A program made the position numbers and the translations under genes. A stretch of 64,000 nucleotides of DNA from Octopus vulgaris. Taxonomy: Eukaryota. Shown piece by piece: positions 38,745 through 52,997 of this stretch. Position 1 is the stretch's first letter. Every line of letters starts with the position of its first letter. The stretch is taken from contig OX597817.1 of the NCBI GenBank assembly GCA_951406725.2, forward strand, positions 115,692,001 to 115,756,000, read 5' to 3'. The notes under the pieces are model-generated. The model did not search any database, was not told where the DNA came from, and was given only the letters and a program-made list of their open reading frames with translations.

Positions 38745-39540
38745 CTGATGGGTCTTATTTTTCGCCCCGCAGGGTGTCCAACGTCGCCTTCCTCACCAAG
38801 CAAGCTTAATGGGGTTGCCAGTTTAATCGCCAACGACCCGATTATGTGACAAGTTGTACTGGGTTACATTTTACCAGTAGCGCTTAAGAGCGACCTGATC
38901 TTTACTCCAACGAGAGTAAGACTGAGTTTATCACGACTTCCTCCAAGTTAACGAAACATAAATGGCTCAATAATATATCAATCAAAAACGTTGAAGACTT
39001 CAAATATCTGGGATCACACATAGTAGACTCCCAAAAGGACTTTCGCATCCGGAAAACTCTTACTTGGAATGCATGTAATAGACTTGATAAGATCTGGCAC
39101 TCAAACCTTCCACTCACGTTAAAAGTTAAAATATTTAGACACTGATTGAGCCGGCCCTTCTCTATGGAACAGAGACCTGCACCTTATCGGCTCTCGTAGA
39201 AAAACAACCTGATGGAACTTATACCAATTTGCTCAGAAAGATACAGAATATTATTTGGTTATCACACCCAACAATTAATAAGATCTACGGAAATCTGATA
39301 TTAATATCCTTCACACCAAAGCAGAAACCGCTACAATTCGCTGGCTACTGTCATCGAGCTGAAAAAGATGTTATCTCTGCTCCTATGGCATCCCTCTGGA
39401 AGTGTTTTCTCCAAGAAACTGACATTTCCAGATACTATATCTCAGGACTCAGGGCTGGTCATTAGAGATCTGATCACAGCAATGCAGGACCGTGTAGTGT
39501 GGAAAGGGATTGTCAATGGAGTTCCGAAGGATGTTGATAT
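38745..39540 (+). mobile_element. RTE LINE 3' fragment preceded by a non-coding GC-rich segment
   Basis: 38905-39535 reads NESKTEFI..VEDFKYLGSHI..DFRIRK..WNACNRLDKIWHSNL..IEPALLYGTET..DGTYTNLLR..LQFAGYCHR..AMQDRVVWK. Confidence 0.9.
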
Positions 39541-40150
39541 TGTATGTATATTATATGCAATGAACGCAAACTGAAAGTCAACGTACATCCGCTCATCCAT
39601 TTTGTGATATCCATAAATATGTGATGCATTTATTTATACATGTATTTTCTTTTTGTATATAATTTTATACTTTAATATAGATTGATACTCAAAAACGTAC
39701 ATCATTCATATATCATTTATTAACATTATTTGTACCAAGATATATTTGAAAATGTACCTAGTTTGTTAAGCTAAGATTAAAGCTGAGTAAAAAACCCGGA
39801 AGAGTTCCTTTTCACTAATAGGAATGTTGTGTCTGCAGTAAACTCCAACTATATTTACTTTAAGAAATACCAATTTTCATGTAACATAATATATATTTGC
39901 TTTAAAGCAAGAAAATAATCATGATTCACCATTGTATCGATGTAGAATACAGTCTACTAGATTCGATTGGAAAAGGAAGAACGGAAGAAATCCCTTCATT
40001 TTCTAAAACATAAGTGTGAGCTTAGAAAATATAATGGTCGTATAGTAGATTAAGACAACCTGTCTATTGCGAGAAAATGAAACATAGAATTAGAATCTTC
40101 ATCTTACAGTGGTGTTCTGTTGTGAGTATTGATTAGTTGCTTCTTAGCTG

Positions 40151-40183
<33 letters not shown>

Positions 40184-40897
40184 ATTCTCTTCTGTCTACA
40201 ATAACAGATAATGTAAACATTTGCATAGTTGAGAATTTCCGTCTTCACGTAATTGATGATTCTTGAGAACATTAGAGTATATATTATCGAATAAAGTGTA
40301 GTTAGTATTATACACGAAAAAGATTTCTATCACTGAAATAAGGCTAGCCATAGTTATAAATAATGTATAATTTTTTAATAATAATAATTGCCAATAACTA
40401 ACCTAAATTTTCCAGAAATGCTACCACAAAACATAAAACATGACGATATCTTAGCAACATGTACGAAAGACAAAATAAACATTTATATCTGAACAAGATA
40501 AAAGCAACAGGCAGTTTCAGTTTGTAAAACAGGCCATAAATGTGGAAATTATCCATGGATATCATTTATTTGTAAATAGAAATATAGCCAATGAACATTT
40601 ATGATATGATAAAAGAGAAAGAATTTGCGTCAAAATGAATCTAGTATGTGGAAAGGGATATGATATTTGCTATTTAAAACAATATTTTCAGTGAAAATTT
40701 ATTTCCATGAAAAATTAGAGATAACTTGATGTTTATTAGCAAATGTATAAAATACTCACATATAATAATTACAGTTACAGTTTTAGATATTTTTTCAAAA
40801 TCATAGATAAAATTCAATTTAGAAAATATTATAGATAAGGTACAGATCTTTAAATAAAATGATGTTTCAAATAGAAAGCGTAGGATTTATTTATATC

Positions 40898-40985
<88 letters not shown>
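40898..40985. repeat. (TCTA)n microsatellite
   Basis: Directly visible. Similar tracts occur at ~12080, 23100, 38045 and 47010. Confidence 0.97.
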
Positions 40986-40986
<1 letters not shown>

Positions 40987-41599
40987 GTGTGTTTGTGTGT
41001 TTGCGTGTGTGAATGTCTGTGTTTGTGTGAGTGTGTGCGAATGTTTGTGTGTATAGGTATGTTTGACTAAAGAAATAATTTCCTGAAAAACACAATTGAT
41101 AATTTAAATATTTAGTTATGTCTTGGCAGTAAATAACATATGTTTTTATACATAGTTCAGAATTCTAAACTTATTGCTTTACGTGTTATGCGGATATGTC
41201 GTAGCGTTGTGCGATTCAAATGAAAGCTTCTATTTCTCGTGAACTGTGTAGCAGCAGCAATCGTTTCAAATATTCAACGTCATAATATAATGTAACAAAA
41301 TGGAAAAAATAACATGCATGATTTCCAAAAATAAAATAAGTTTCACAAGGCTCAGTAGAAAGAGTTTTGCATGTAATAAACTGTTAATTATATAGAACTA
41401 CATGTGGATTAGCGAGAATATGTGAAGCCATAAATAAACAAATATCTTGAATTCATGTTATGTGTATGCCTCTTATTAACTTTAATTATATCTTGCCTCT
41501 AACATTTTACAAAGCTTTCGATAATCTGCCTGGCTACATACCAAACAAGTTTATTTTATGTTAATGATTTTTGTAATTTCCGAGTCTTCGGGGAAAACG

Positions 41600-42245
41600 G
41601 TGTTGCCCATGTGTCTCGTGGATACTTGAGGACCAGTGAAATAAGTTTTATATTCCGTTTAACCTGTTGCAGGTCAGTACGTCTATTGAAAGAGGAGATT
41701 CCACAGTTCAAAAAGTCTTGAAGAGAGAGGATTGAACAAATTGGTCAATGTAGTGCCGGGAATAGCGGACATAACAAAAGTGATGATCAATGGATATACG
41801 AGTGGGTTCGGGTACTAGAGTGATGTGTTTATAAGGCTATCAAGGTCCAAGAACAGAATACATTGCAGCTGCGATCGGAGACACCAAGAAAAAAGAGCAT
41901 TCATATAAGCCAGAGAATAGACTGTTCGTTAGTCATTAACTGCAATTTATTGGTTGGCTCCATATATTGGTATCGTTTCAGCCTTACAAAACTGAGATAC
42001 TACTTGTCTGTTAACAGAAGATCTTATCAATGAGATGCTTTCCTACCTTTGCTATGAATGTGCTTTTGCTGGTATAGACCTTTCGTAACAGAGAGCCAGC
42101 TTTTGGAGGAAGTGTGAGAGCTCGAAGTGACAGCTGTATATGTTTAGAGGAAATACGGGTTCATGGTATCTTTGTGAAATGTGTAGCGCTTGAATATTTT
42201 ACCCGTAAAAGTTACAATGTCGGTGTATCATACCACTTGAGATGC
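41600..42245 (-). mobile_element. Decayed CR1/Crack-like LINE 3' fragment
   Basis: Minus-strand remnants KAGSLLRK, IYGA, LFFLGVS..CN and SRLFELWNL resemble the post-RT region of CR1-group LINEs. Confidence 0.5.
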
Positions 42246-44298
42246 TATTGAAGACGTAATTTATGGAAGAATAAATATTATGTGTAGTTTGTTGCCTCGA
42301 ATAATTTGCATTTGCATTGAACTAATTTGCATTGAAATGTTTGGTTTATTCTCACTACATTATCAACTTTTATCTTTTGCAACTAACTCAACTTTCTTCG
42401 CAATTCAGATCTTATATCGCTTCTTAAATCAAACAGTTCTCCCTTCACTTACATTTCACATCGCACACATTACTCTCTAAATTTTTGGGAAGTCTTTTGC
42501 GAATTTTACATTTAAAATATATTGATTATTTATTTCTGTGGATCTGGAGAGACGGCGCGAAAAACTTACCAGCAATATTTTTTGGTTGAAATAGTAATCA
42601 GGAATTGTCATATTCAAATTGGCTGTATTGCGTATATAGCTTATCGTTGATCTATAGCATGTCTATTACTTTTGTTTAGGTACAGATAGTATAATTTTAT
42701 AAAACATGATATTAGATGTAACTAGATTCAAGTTGTTCCGTAGGGAATTTAGTTCAAGAAAATCAATATGCCTCAATACACGACCGATATTAGTATAGTG
42801 TGCCCTCTTGCCATATGTGACATCTGTGGTGCTAATAATGCTCCTATAATGTATGTAATTAATTTTGACAGCAATTAGTAATAAACATTTTACAATGGGA
42901 GAAATGGAATATTCTTATTTGATGATATTTTCAGGGATAATAGCATGCAAGAATATAAAAAATCCTAAAATATTAAAAATCAATGACTAGACCTGTGTCA
43001 CTGTATTAGCTATAGACTACAGCGACATCTTCCGGTATTTTATTAACCTAAATTACTCTTGTGAATATAATTTGTTTCGGCAATGAGTCAAGATATCAAG
43101 AATATGATATGATGGTATGGTTATTAAAATAGTTGAACTAAACGGTTGCTAGAGCTATAATTTTCTGATGTAATATTTTGTACTACTAGGATATTTTCAA
43201 CTATAGACTAAAATTGTAGAAACACTTTTGTTTTAAAAACTGAGTTAACCTCTACCTCTTATCAAATGCCGCAAGTCATGGAACACCTGAGAATGCTACG
43301 AGCATTTTAAAGTTCTTCTTCAACAATATATTTGCTAACGGTGAAAATTGTCGTTGTGCAAGAACATTTTTTTTCATTGAAAATGATTTTCGTGTTAGAG
43401 TAAAAATATTCATCATTCTATTTCATTATTGTTTGTCATTTTGCAATATTTGATTTTAATTTAGATATAAGGCCAGTGGTCTTTGGGGTAATACAAATGT
43501 TTAATCACCTCGACTCGAAAACTGCCAGAATGAAGCTGTAAAACTTATGAACGGGCCTACTATGTAGTTTCATTTGTATTTCATTATCTATTGATCTGTA
43601 ATCGTATCATGTGGATCTTTCTAGAAAGACAAAATGTCTAGACTAAAAGATCCGGGTATATTAGACCTATATTAATTTCTGTTTTAATTCACAACATATT
43701 AATTACAATTATAAAGGATATGAAGAAATAGAGACAACTATAATGTAATATACTGAAGATAGTAACGTTATACGTATAACCAATTCATATTTATTGCTTT
43801 AAAGGAATAAAACAGACGTTAATTTTGAAATTAATTACGAAAGCAGTATGCACACCGTAGGGATGTTAATGTTAGTAGCGATTGTAAACAACAATACTGA
43901 AACCAAATCAAATATTTTAGTACAATAATGAAGTTTTGTTTCATTACTATCTCCATATAGTAATGAGAAAGATCAGCAAGTGTATAATTAATATTCGACG
44001 GAATTCAATGACGTTGCTTTCGTATCCTGAAGATATCTTCATGATTTAAACAATTTTCAAAGAGATATTAATGTTATACTCTTCTTGATGATACAGTTAT
44101 AGCTCGATGCTCCAAATGCATCATATCATCAAGCAGTCATTTTGTTAGAGAGCAGAAAGCTGTGAGTTACCTCAGAAAAAGTTAGTCATTTTCAGTTAAT
44201 ACCAATACGTTTGTCAAAATGGATATCTAAGTTTATCTGCTTTCTTGTGTTAAGGTATATTGGGACATAATCATTCAAGTGAGTGATTCACAGAAATA

Positions 44299-45268
44299 AT
44301 ACGAAGGGGTACTGAAAAGAAACGTGAATTTTGCAACACCTTTTCTTTCATTTAGCTCTACATGTTTACATTTTTATCACCTTCAACGTAGATATTGTTT
44401 TTACATAGAGACGCCTTTAAACGGGTTTAACCTAAACAAAGTACTGCAGCTTTTTAGCGTTTACTAACACACATATATTAAGTACGTAAAATTGATAGTG
44501 CTTACATTACGAAGCTGCTTCAAACACCAGCCCCGAGCTTATAATGACTGTTTAATCGGTCCAACGCGCTTTCCACTGTCGGAGGCAATACGGGAACTCA
44601 TGTGAAGGGATACTTTTTAACACCTCCGTCGTTTTTTATTCACCTATCCACGTCAGCAAATTCCGTAGCACCAGCTTCCGTAACTTTGAAAAAAGGTCCG
44701 TGTCAACTTCTAAAAGTTCTTTCTGCTCACGACATGCATTCAATCGTGACTGCTTTTGATCTTCCACGAGCAAGCGAGACACACAATTTGCTGCAACTCT
44801 TTTCATTCGCAATTCCTCGCTTAAAATTCGTTACCAGGAGCTCTAGCACATAAAAGCCATATCAGTAAGTTCGTAAATTGTTCGGTGTCAGTCCTCCAAG
44901 ATTAGTTCATGTATTTTTATGATGTTTGCATTCGTCTGGGAGGTTGACGGTTGTCCTGAACAAGGCTGGTGCTCAAGCAGCAAGCGACCATTGCTAGAGT
45001 GTGAAAACCACACATAAACTCGTGCTTCGATCGGTAGCGTCCTTCTAAACTGTTTCGAGCATAAACAGAATTTCACGGAAGCAGGCAGTTCCTTCATTTC
45101 GGGCATAGCAAAAATAGAGGAATATGGGAGAAGCACAAAAAAAAAGACGCACCATCTCGTAGTATTATGACCTAATAGGATAACTGATGTCTGAGGGTCA
45201 CAATAAGTGGCTTCAAGTAGCTTGTCCTACATAGAATGTTTCCGATAACTTTTGGGTACACCCTCGTA
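44299..45268 (-). mobile_element. Internally deleted mariner element
   Basis: Ends TACGAAGGGGTACTGAAAAG and CTTTTGGGTACACCCTCGTA are imperfect TIRs with TA. Internal ARVYVWF..GR..EHQPCSGQPSTSQTNANIIKIHELILED (HTH) and C-terminal EFPYCLRQWKARW. Confidence 0.8.
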
Positions 45269-45565
45269 TATATATATATATATTCATACAGATAGATTGA
45301 TAGATGGTAGCTATACTGGATCAGGTGTTGTCAGGTTAAATATCAATTTTTGTGGCTGGCATTGTTAGTATAATTTTACATCGGTCCTGGTTGTCCTTTA
45401 GCGCATGCCGAGAGGAAATATTCAGAATAAGCTCGAGGTTTGTGTTTGAAGCAGCTTCGTAATGTAAGTACTATCAACATTCTGTACTTAACATATGTGT
45501 GTTAGTAAATGCTACAAAGTTGCAGTATTTTGTTCATTTTAAACCATTTTAAATACGTATCTATT
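44407..45565. repeat. ~135-bp inverted repeat pair (44407-44541 and 45428-45565) with a third diverged copy at ~45780-45880
   Basis: GATAGTGCTTACATTACGAAGCTGCTTCAAACAC versus GTGTTTGAAGCAGCTTCGTAATGTAAGTACTATC. Confidence 0.85.
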
Positions 45566-46311
45566 TAAAAACAACCTATTTGAAAGCTACGCAAAAGATA
45601 ATCGGTGCGGAAGGGAAGGAGAAATATCAATATTTGAACGTCATTTCCGCTCCTCAGTTTCACACATTCCTTCCACTTTGAAACGATGCACCTCAGCCAG
45701 CTAGAGATGTGTATACAAACAGCGTAAAACGCATTGGCCAGTTTGTAAAAGCGTCGCACAAGAGAAGCAAAATTCAAATTTTGTTTGGAGCAGCTCCATA
45801 CATAAGCAATATCACGTACTTAATGTATATGTGTTGTCAAAAGCGGCAGTATTTGAATACCAGTGGAAACGCCTTTAGATGTGTATAATGTTTAAAATCA
45901 TAGCGACGTGTAGGTGGCACTGATGGTAGGAAAAGACAGCGTAACATCGATAACTGTCTCTTTCACTTCCGGGTCAATGTTTTTTTTTAATTAAGATAAA
46001 CTGTTTTTAAACATGATTCATCTTTGAAAGGTTCTCTCCTGGAAAAAGTACTGTACATTTGCAGTGTTTGTTAGCATATATTGGATTATGTATTAGATAT
46101 TGATAATTTTTACTATGATTAAGAAGGTTTGTTTACTGTGCTGTTGTGCATGTACAATCTTAGTCTAAGGAAGTCTTTCCTGTGTATGAGCTACCATTGG
46201 TTTGAGATTAATTCAGAATGGATATCTTTCATGACAAGATAGATCAGTTATCCTCGAGAGAGATAGTGCAGCGTATTGCCTCTATGCATACATACATACA
46301 TACATCATACA

Positions 46312-46385
<74 letters not shown>

Positions 46386-46864
46386 TGAAAATTGTCATAT
46401 AAGCATCATTTTATAAGTTGCTCGTTATAACAATGATCAAATACACATACATACATACATAGACATACGCATATACAAACACAGAAAAACACACACACGC
46501 ATACACGCACACATATTTTATATAATATTGTGTCTACGTACCAAGAATAATGGAACATCTTTGCAGCAATTTGTGGCATAAATATTGGGCATTGACAACA
46601 AAGAGAGAATATAAAAATAGTTTTCGTCAAATGACGTACTCTAAGGTGTATGTACTATGAGTGCTCCGTTAGGTTTACTACTAAAACTCCAGCTTGGACT
46701 ACAACTGAAAGAGTGGTTTGAGACTGCTTGTTATTGGTGGCTAGAAATAGTTTTTCCTTGACCACGTAGATATATATTAATAGAAAAATTCTATTCAAAA
46801 TTGGAACTAGTGACTTCCGCAATTTCTTGCCATCGAACATTCTCAACAACATTGAATAAGGAAA

Positions 46865-46929
46865 TATATTTTAACTAACCTACAGTTCACTTATGCCCAG
46901 ACACTGCTTGGCGCTGATATTACTGTTAT

Positions 46930-46993
<64 letters not shown>

Positions 46994-47007
46994 AGATATA
47001 TATATAT

Positions 47008-47082
<75 letters not shown>

Positions 47083-47432
47083 TGGTGTTCATGCTGCCAA
47101 AATTCTTCCGACATAGCGTCTAATGGCACGATACAGTCAATCTTGTCGATAGTGTTTTAGTTAAAACTGCAGCTTTAATTAAGTCTCTCTAGAGTAGTCT
47201 CACTTCGGTATTTCCCACTCATAACGGCTAAAGATCTAAAAACGTGTCTGAAAATCCGACAGCGAGTAGTACTGGACAGATATGGTGTTTTTATAGCTTT
47301 TACCATAAGAGATGAATTTTTCTTCGTGGTAACTTCAGTGAATTTGCCTAGATGTTGAAATAGGCCACAAACATATTTTAACTAACCTAAAGTTCGCTTA
47401 CTCCTAAACACTGTTGGCACTGGTGTTAATGT

Positions 47433-47435
<3 letters not shown>
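46865..47435 (+). repeat. Two direct copies of a ~65-bp tail abutting (TA)n
   Basis: ATATTTTAACTAACCTA(C/A)AGTTC..ACACTG..TTGGC..TGTTATATA at ~46867 and ~47373. Confidence 0.75.
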
Positions 47436-47463
<28 letters not shown>

Positions 47464-48863
47464 TTATTTGCACCATCTACCGCGCGATAGGGAATGAATA
47501 TTCCCATATATGTAGGTCCAGATACGTTCGGACGCTAAATATGCTAAGCGCTATAGTTTATGTCTTATAAGAATAACTTCTCCTTTTCAGGCAATAGTGT
47601 TTGCAACGCATTCATCAAATTGATGCACTGCATTCTGCGACACCAATGCCTGAAGTAACTTTGAGACAAGCCAAACGGCAGTCTGTTTCATACTTTCACT
47701 GAACAGAATTCTACACACTCACACGCGCACACACATGCACCCCCCCAGACACACGCATTATATTATATATTATATATACATTATATGAAATATATGTGTG
47801 TGTATGTATGTGTATGATATAGAACAAAACCAAAGCAGTTTTAAGAATTATATGCTCGCATATTATGCACAATTTTAAAAATAATCTTCTTATGAACATT
47901 ATTTTCCTTTTCGAAGTGTTTAAATTTAGACTAATTACTGAACGAGAATACTCTAATGTAAATGGGATATTAATTTCACGAAAATATCTACAATTTGAAA
48001 TTGCTTGTTATAATTTGCTATTAGGAAAATGAATGGGAAAGGAACAATGCTGTTTTAAAATTTATATACTACTTGCCAAAGATGGATCAGAAAATAATAA
48101 GAATACATATTTGCATTAACATTAGTATTTCTCGAAAATGCATTTCGTTTTCCAAGATAGTGTATTTTATATATCATGTGTTGTAGAACTAAAATGATTA
48201 AATTATTGCACTGTAAGTATTCTTTGCATCCTCCTGGAATAATGTGTTGCTTCGAACATTACGAAATAGAGTATTCACAAGAATAAGATAATATTTTTAA
48301 TATATACGGCACGTAAGTCGTTATTTAGAAATAAATTATTTAACAATTTCCTGCAGGACTTCAACAATAATAACGAAATGCCATGCAAGCTGCAGATGTT
48401 CAATGTAAAAATTTAATGTGACTTGAAGTATAAACCTATTTCTATTTATAATTTCATCTGAGAAATATTCGGAGTGAAATTTGCAAAGGTTGCAAATATT
48501 ATAGTTGAGAAATGCTATTAAGTAACTTATATATGTTTACATGATCAAATGCGTCTACGTTTACTGCCCTGCCCCAAATAGAAAAAACAGTGCCCATGAA
48601 ATTTTGGAAGGATTTGAAAGTATTAGAATTGCATTCTACTTATAGTTTGGTTAAAACTTTCATTAGATACTCTGCAACTTTCTGCAACGACAAAATTTAT
48701 GTTGCGTTTATGTTGAGTAGTATGGAATTATCCCTCGTATATATTGTAATTGCAATTATTAAAGTTCCTTAAGCATTTCACTATCTAATGCATAGTAACC
48801 ATCTCAGAATAATTTTACAAGAGGTAAATATATGTTTAAATAAATAATATATATCATGCCTTA

Positions 48864-49412
48864 TCTCTTATATAAAATCCGTTCTGTCTGTCTGTCTGTG
48901 TGTGTGTCTTCTCGGATCTCGAGCATCCTCCATCTGATTGCGCTCAAATTTGATATGTAGACACCGACGGTATCAGGGTGTGTATAAAACTTGTAAATAA
49001 ATTGCAAAAACCGATTCCAGGTGATAATGCGATCGATAAAGCTGTTTTTGTCCAGCTTTTCTTCCGTCAAACTGTACATAACTGCACCTTCCATTTTTTG
49101 TTGTTTTTGTACTGCTTAAAGACACGTTCCTTTCCTGCCAAGCTTACTGTTTAAACCATCTCCCAGTCAACAGCCTTATCGTTACTGGTACTTTAAACTC
49201 TTCGGTTGCATATTTGTGTGAATAAAATCGTTTTTCTTTGGAATAGAAAAAGTCTATATTTCTTCTTTTGCTAGTGTCTCAACTTAGGTTAAATCAGAGT
49301 TTCTCAAAGGGGAGGCCTATGGAACGGTCGGACAAGTTGTTTTGAGAAAATTTGGTTTAAAATTTTGACAACTCTACACCGTCCACTGGACGGGGAGGGG
49401 GCGTTTTACTCG

Positions 49413-49413
<1 letters not shown>
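48864..49413 (+). mobile_element. Helitron-like non-autonomous element
   Basis: 5' TC..ATATAAAA followed by (TCTG)n. 3' hairpin CCGTCCA-C-TGGACGG (49379-49393) shortly before a CTCGT terminus, a variant of CTAGT. Confidence 0.6.
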
Positions 49414-49439
<26 letters not shown>

Positions 49440-49445
<6 letters not shown>

Positions 49446-50225
49446 AAAGTCAATGTCTGTGTGTTTGTGTGTTACTTACAGACTAAAAAACTACTGGACC
49501 GATCCTAATGAAATTTGGAACACAAAATCCAAGCCAAGGGGGAAGAGTAATGCCGTATGTTTCATACAATTTTGATGGGGCATAACGTGGATGAAGAATC
49601 CCTCGTGTAAGTTCATATGCTTCGGATTTTGATGAAATTTTAACCATAGGTGTTAGAAATCAATTAAAATAATATACCCAAAATTTCCATTAATTTGGAT
49701 GACACTAAGACACCCGAATTTTAGTCATTTTTCATGGACCAAAATTACTGAATGGATCCTTATGATATCTAGAAATTAGATTCAATGCATAATGGTGGGT
49801 ATAGTGCAGTATGTTTGGTTTGAATTTGAAGGGATTTAAAGGGGCAGAAACCTCCATAAAAATTCATAAATTTCCTATGTTAATGAAATTTCGACTATAG
49901 GTAATTGACACAAATCAAGAATTATTTTCAAATTTTCCGCTTCTCATGAGGGTTGTAAGACCCCTAATGGGGATCTTAACTTATCAAATTTTAGACATGT
50001 TTGATCCTAAACAAGGTTAAAAGTATTGAATGGATATTTATGAAATTTGGAAATTATATTCTATGCATAAAGACGGATGTAATGCAGTTTAGATATTAGA
50101 CACAAATAGATATTAGACACAAATGAATTAATATTCCTAACATTTCAACTTCTTATTAGGTCAGTAAGACCCCTTAATTGGGGTTTAACCTCAACAATTT
50201 AGTCATTTTTCCTAAGCCAAGGCGA
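49440..50225 (+). mobile_element. Helitron-like non-autonomous element with ~250-290-bp internal tandem units
   Basis: ATATAAAAGTCAATGTCTGTGTG..AACTACTGGACCGATCCTAATGAAATTTGG start. The motif recurs as TACTGAATGGATCCTTATGA (~49746) and TATTGAATGGATATTTATGAAATTTGG (~50024). Confidence 0.6.
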
Positions 50226-50525
50226 ATATATATATATACATAAACTATATAATTACACATACCTACACGCATATACATGTGATAGGACCTGATGATTCAC
50301 AGTGTCATTGTCCATTTTATCGCTACCTGCACATTTTCAGGCAAGGAAAATTCGACTGTCAAAGAATAACACATATGTAGGAAATTTGCGTAAAAATGAA
50401 AACGTCATCAGTTTTGCAAGATCAAATAATCTTAAATAATGTACTGAACACTTTTGCTTGCTTCCGTGTCTCTCAACACAAGTACACACGTCAGAATCAG
50501 GTATTTGTGTGTGGAGAGTGAGAGA

Positions 50526-50602
<77 letters not shown>

Positions 50603-50918
50603 TCATGTTGTCTCATTAAAAAAAAATTAGTACCCTTGTCCTTTGAGTGATGCCTTTGAAAAGTTAATGTTTTTTTATTCAATGACCCTTGCCGCAAATA
50701 AATACGAACGTCTGTGATTCAAGTTCGTCTCGTATAATGACTACTATTTGAATGGTTAGGATAAAGATTTTCCTAAAAAAATCTCCAAAACTAAGTCATA
50801 AAATTGCATAGTTTAGTTTGTGGTAATTTTTCAGTAGATTAAACGCACTGATCGCTAAATCGTATTTAAATAGTAATATCTTAATATATAAAAGCGAGCA
50901 GCCAAACACACTCATAAT

Positions 50919-50969
<51 letters not shown>

Positions 50970-51016
50970 CATGTATATACATATACGTATATATATATGC
51001 ATATCTTTATAAACAC

Positions 51017-51049
<33 letters not shown>

Positions 51050-51098
51050 CATCATATATAAGTATACATGCACTGATACATACACACACTCACACACT

Positions 51099-51189
<91 letters not shown>

Positions 51190-52997
51190 CGTTTATATAT
51201 AGCTATATAAATAGATGGATAAATTAAATTAAGCCAGTAAGATCGAGAGAGAGAGAGAGAGGAAGTATGTGTGTGTGAGAGAGAGAGAGAGAGGGGTAGA
51301 GACAGAAATTTGACCCGATATAACCTTTTATTAAAATGAATATATGTATAAATGTGTTCTTGTATCTATACTGGCACATATATACATATAATTTTGCTTG
51401 CTGAATCATATTTAAATCACAATACCTTATTGATTATGGTTGCTGAATTCATCTTCGTAGGATATCAACTTAAAGCGATTAAAAGATAAAATAATTATAT
51501 CTATAGTTTCATGCTAATCTTTCAAATATGAATATAATACAAACATAAAAATACACCAACATATATAAAATAAAATATGAAATGCAACATAGAATTAGAT
51601 TTTAGATGTTAACGGTTCATTACGTTGTTCAATTAGCGGTAGAAATTCATTTAAAATGTTGTTTTACAAGATTTTCAGTTATTCACGTAGAACAAAGCGG
51701 ATGCATTCTATTACTATAATGCTGTACATGTTTCAAAGGAAACAACATAATCAATGAATTGGATGGTTAACTGGTATTTGATTGCTACGTCACTTCTGGG
51801 TGCGGTAGAAAAAAGAAAATAACTATATAGTTTTTTCCTACTGCAACATCTAACTTATTGAATTTCTCGGATTTGATCAGAGGTTTAAGAATTTAGATTT
51901 GTTTGGTCATATCCTAAATAAGTTGAGAACATTTTGTATGCACATTTCGATACGAAAAACTATTAATGTTGGAATTATTTCCTAAGTTATATTCCATAAT
52001 TTTGTAATATTGGATATTAATTTGTTCTATTATTTAAAAAAATGCAAAAACAGGGTTATAAATGTAGGAAGTGTGTGTGCAATCGATAGAATTCTTGACA
52101 TGTCTGGTATTATTTTATTAACTCTATGAAGATGAAAGTCAAATTCAAAGTCAATTTTGAGTAGAATATAAGTTAATATCGCAAGAAATGTTGTAGCCCA
52201 CTCCTCTGATGCTCTCATAATTATTACTAGCTAAGAAGTAGAAAACAGAACAGTTACAAGGCATAGAATTTTCTTACAAACACTACGAAAATAATAAAGA
52301 CATTAGCTTTTACATTTCCTTCCATATAATGTTTTCAAGACATATCTGTGAAATATATACTCTTTTCCAAATATATTTGAAGAATGCGGCGTCAGTATGA
52401 TATCTAATGCAGAATAAAGTGTACTACATATCATATTTTATCACAAACACTTCGCTTTTCGGTATAAAAGCAAGGCATATACTATTTAATGCTTCGGTAC
52501 AATACTAGTAAATTACTAACATGACAGAAGTTGCTATTTGAAGCAGTGAAAAAAAGCTGCAAAATAAAAAAGGCTTCCCTTTGGTATTGTAATCTTCAAA
52601 TCAACCCATGCGTCTCATCTTCAGCAAAGGCTTTTATTATCTGCTACCTTGGCCTTTCAGTAGTATTTTTTCATACAATTATTCATACGAACATATTTCA
52701 TACAATTATTCATATGAACATCTTGATAATAAAGTTTATTTTAATTTACTCGTAGGTAATATAAATCAAATTACTAACTTTAATGAATATTTATGCATAA
52801 ATATCTTAGATCCTCAGGGAAAAATGTTGCAAATATTTGTAAATATTTCAGTGAATGTATATATAATTAAAAAAGGGTTTCTAAAGTATGGATAGTGCTG
52901 CTTTTACACCTTTGAATAGAAGTTTGGTGTATATCATTTTTGATATTCGCCAAAACAATGAGATGTTATAAATGCCAGCATTACATTAATTTCCATA

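Noticed and set aside
50285-50420. CTGATGA at ~50290 (+) and ~50405 (-) as hammerheads
   Set aside because: No GAAA/UH in the right position and no consistent stems I and III; expected by chance.
52668-52721. 27-bp tandem duplication, and a 17-bp one at ~50091-50124, as CRISPR-like repeats
   Set aside because: Two adjacent copies without spacers in eukaryotic DNA indicate ordinary slippage.
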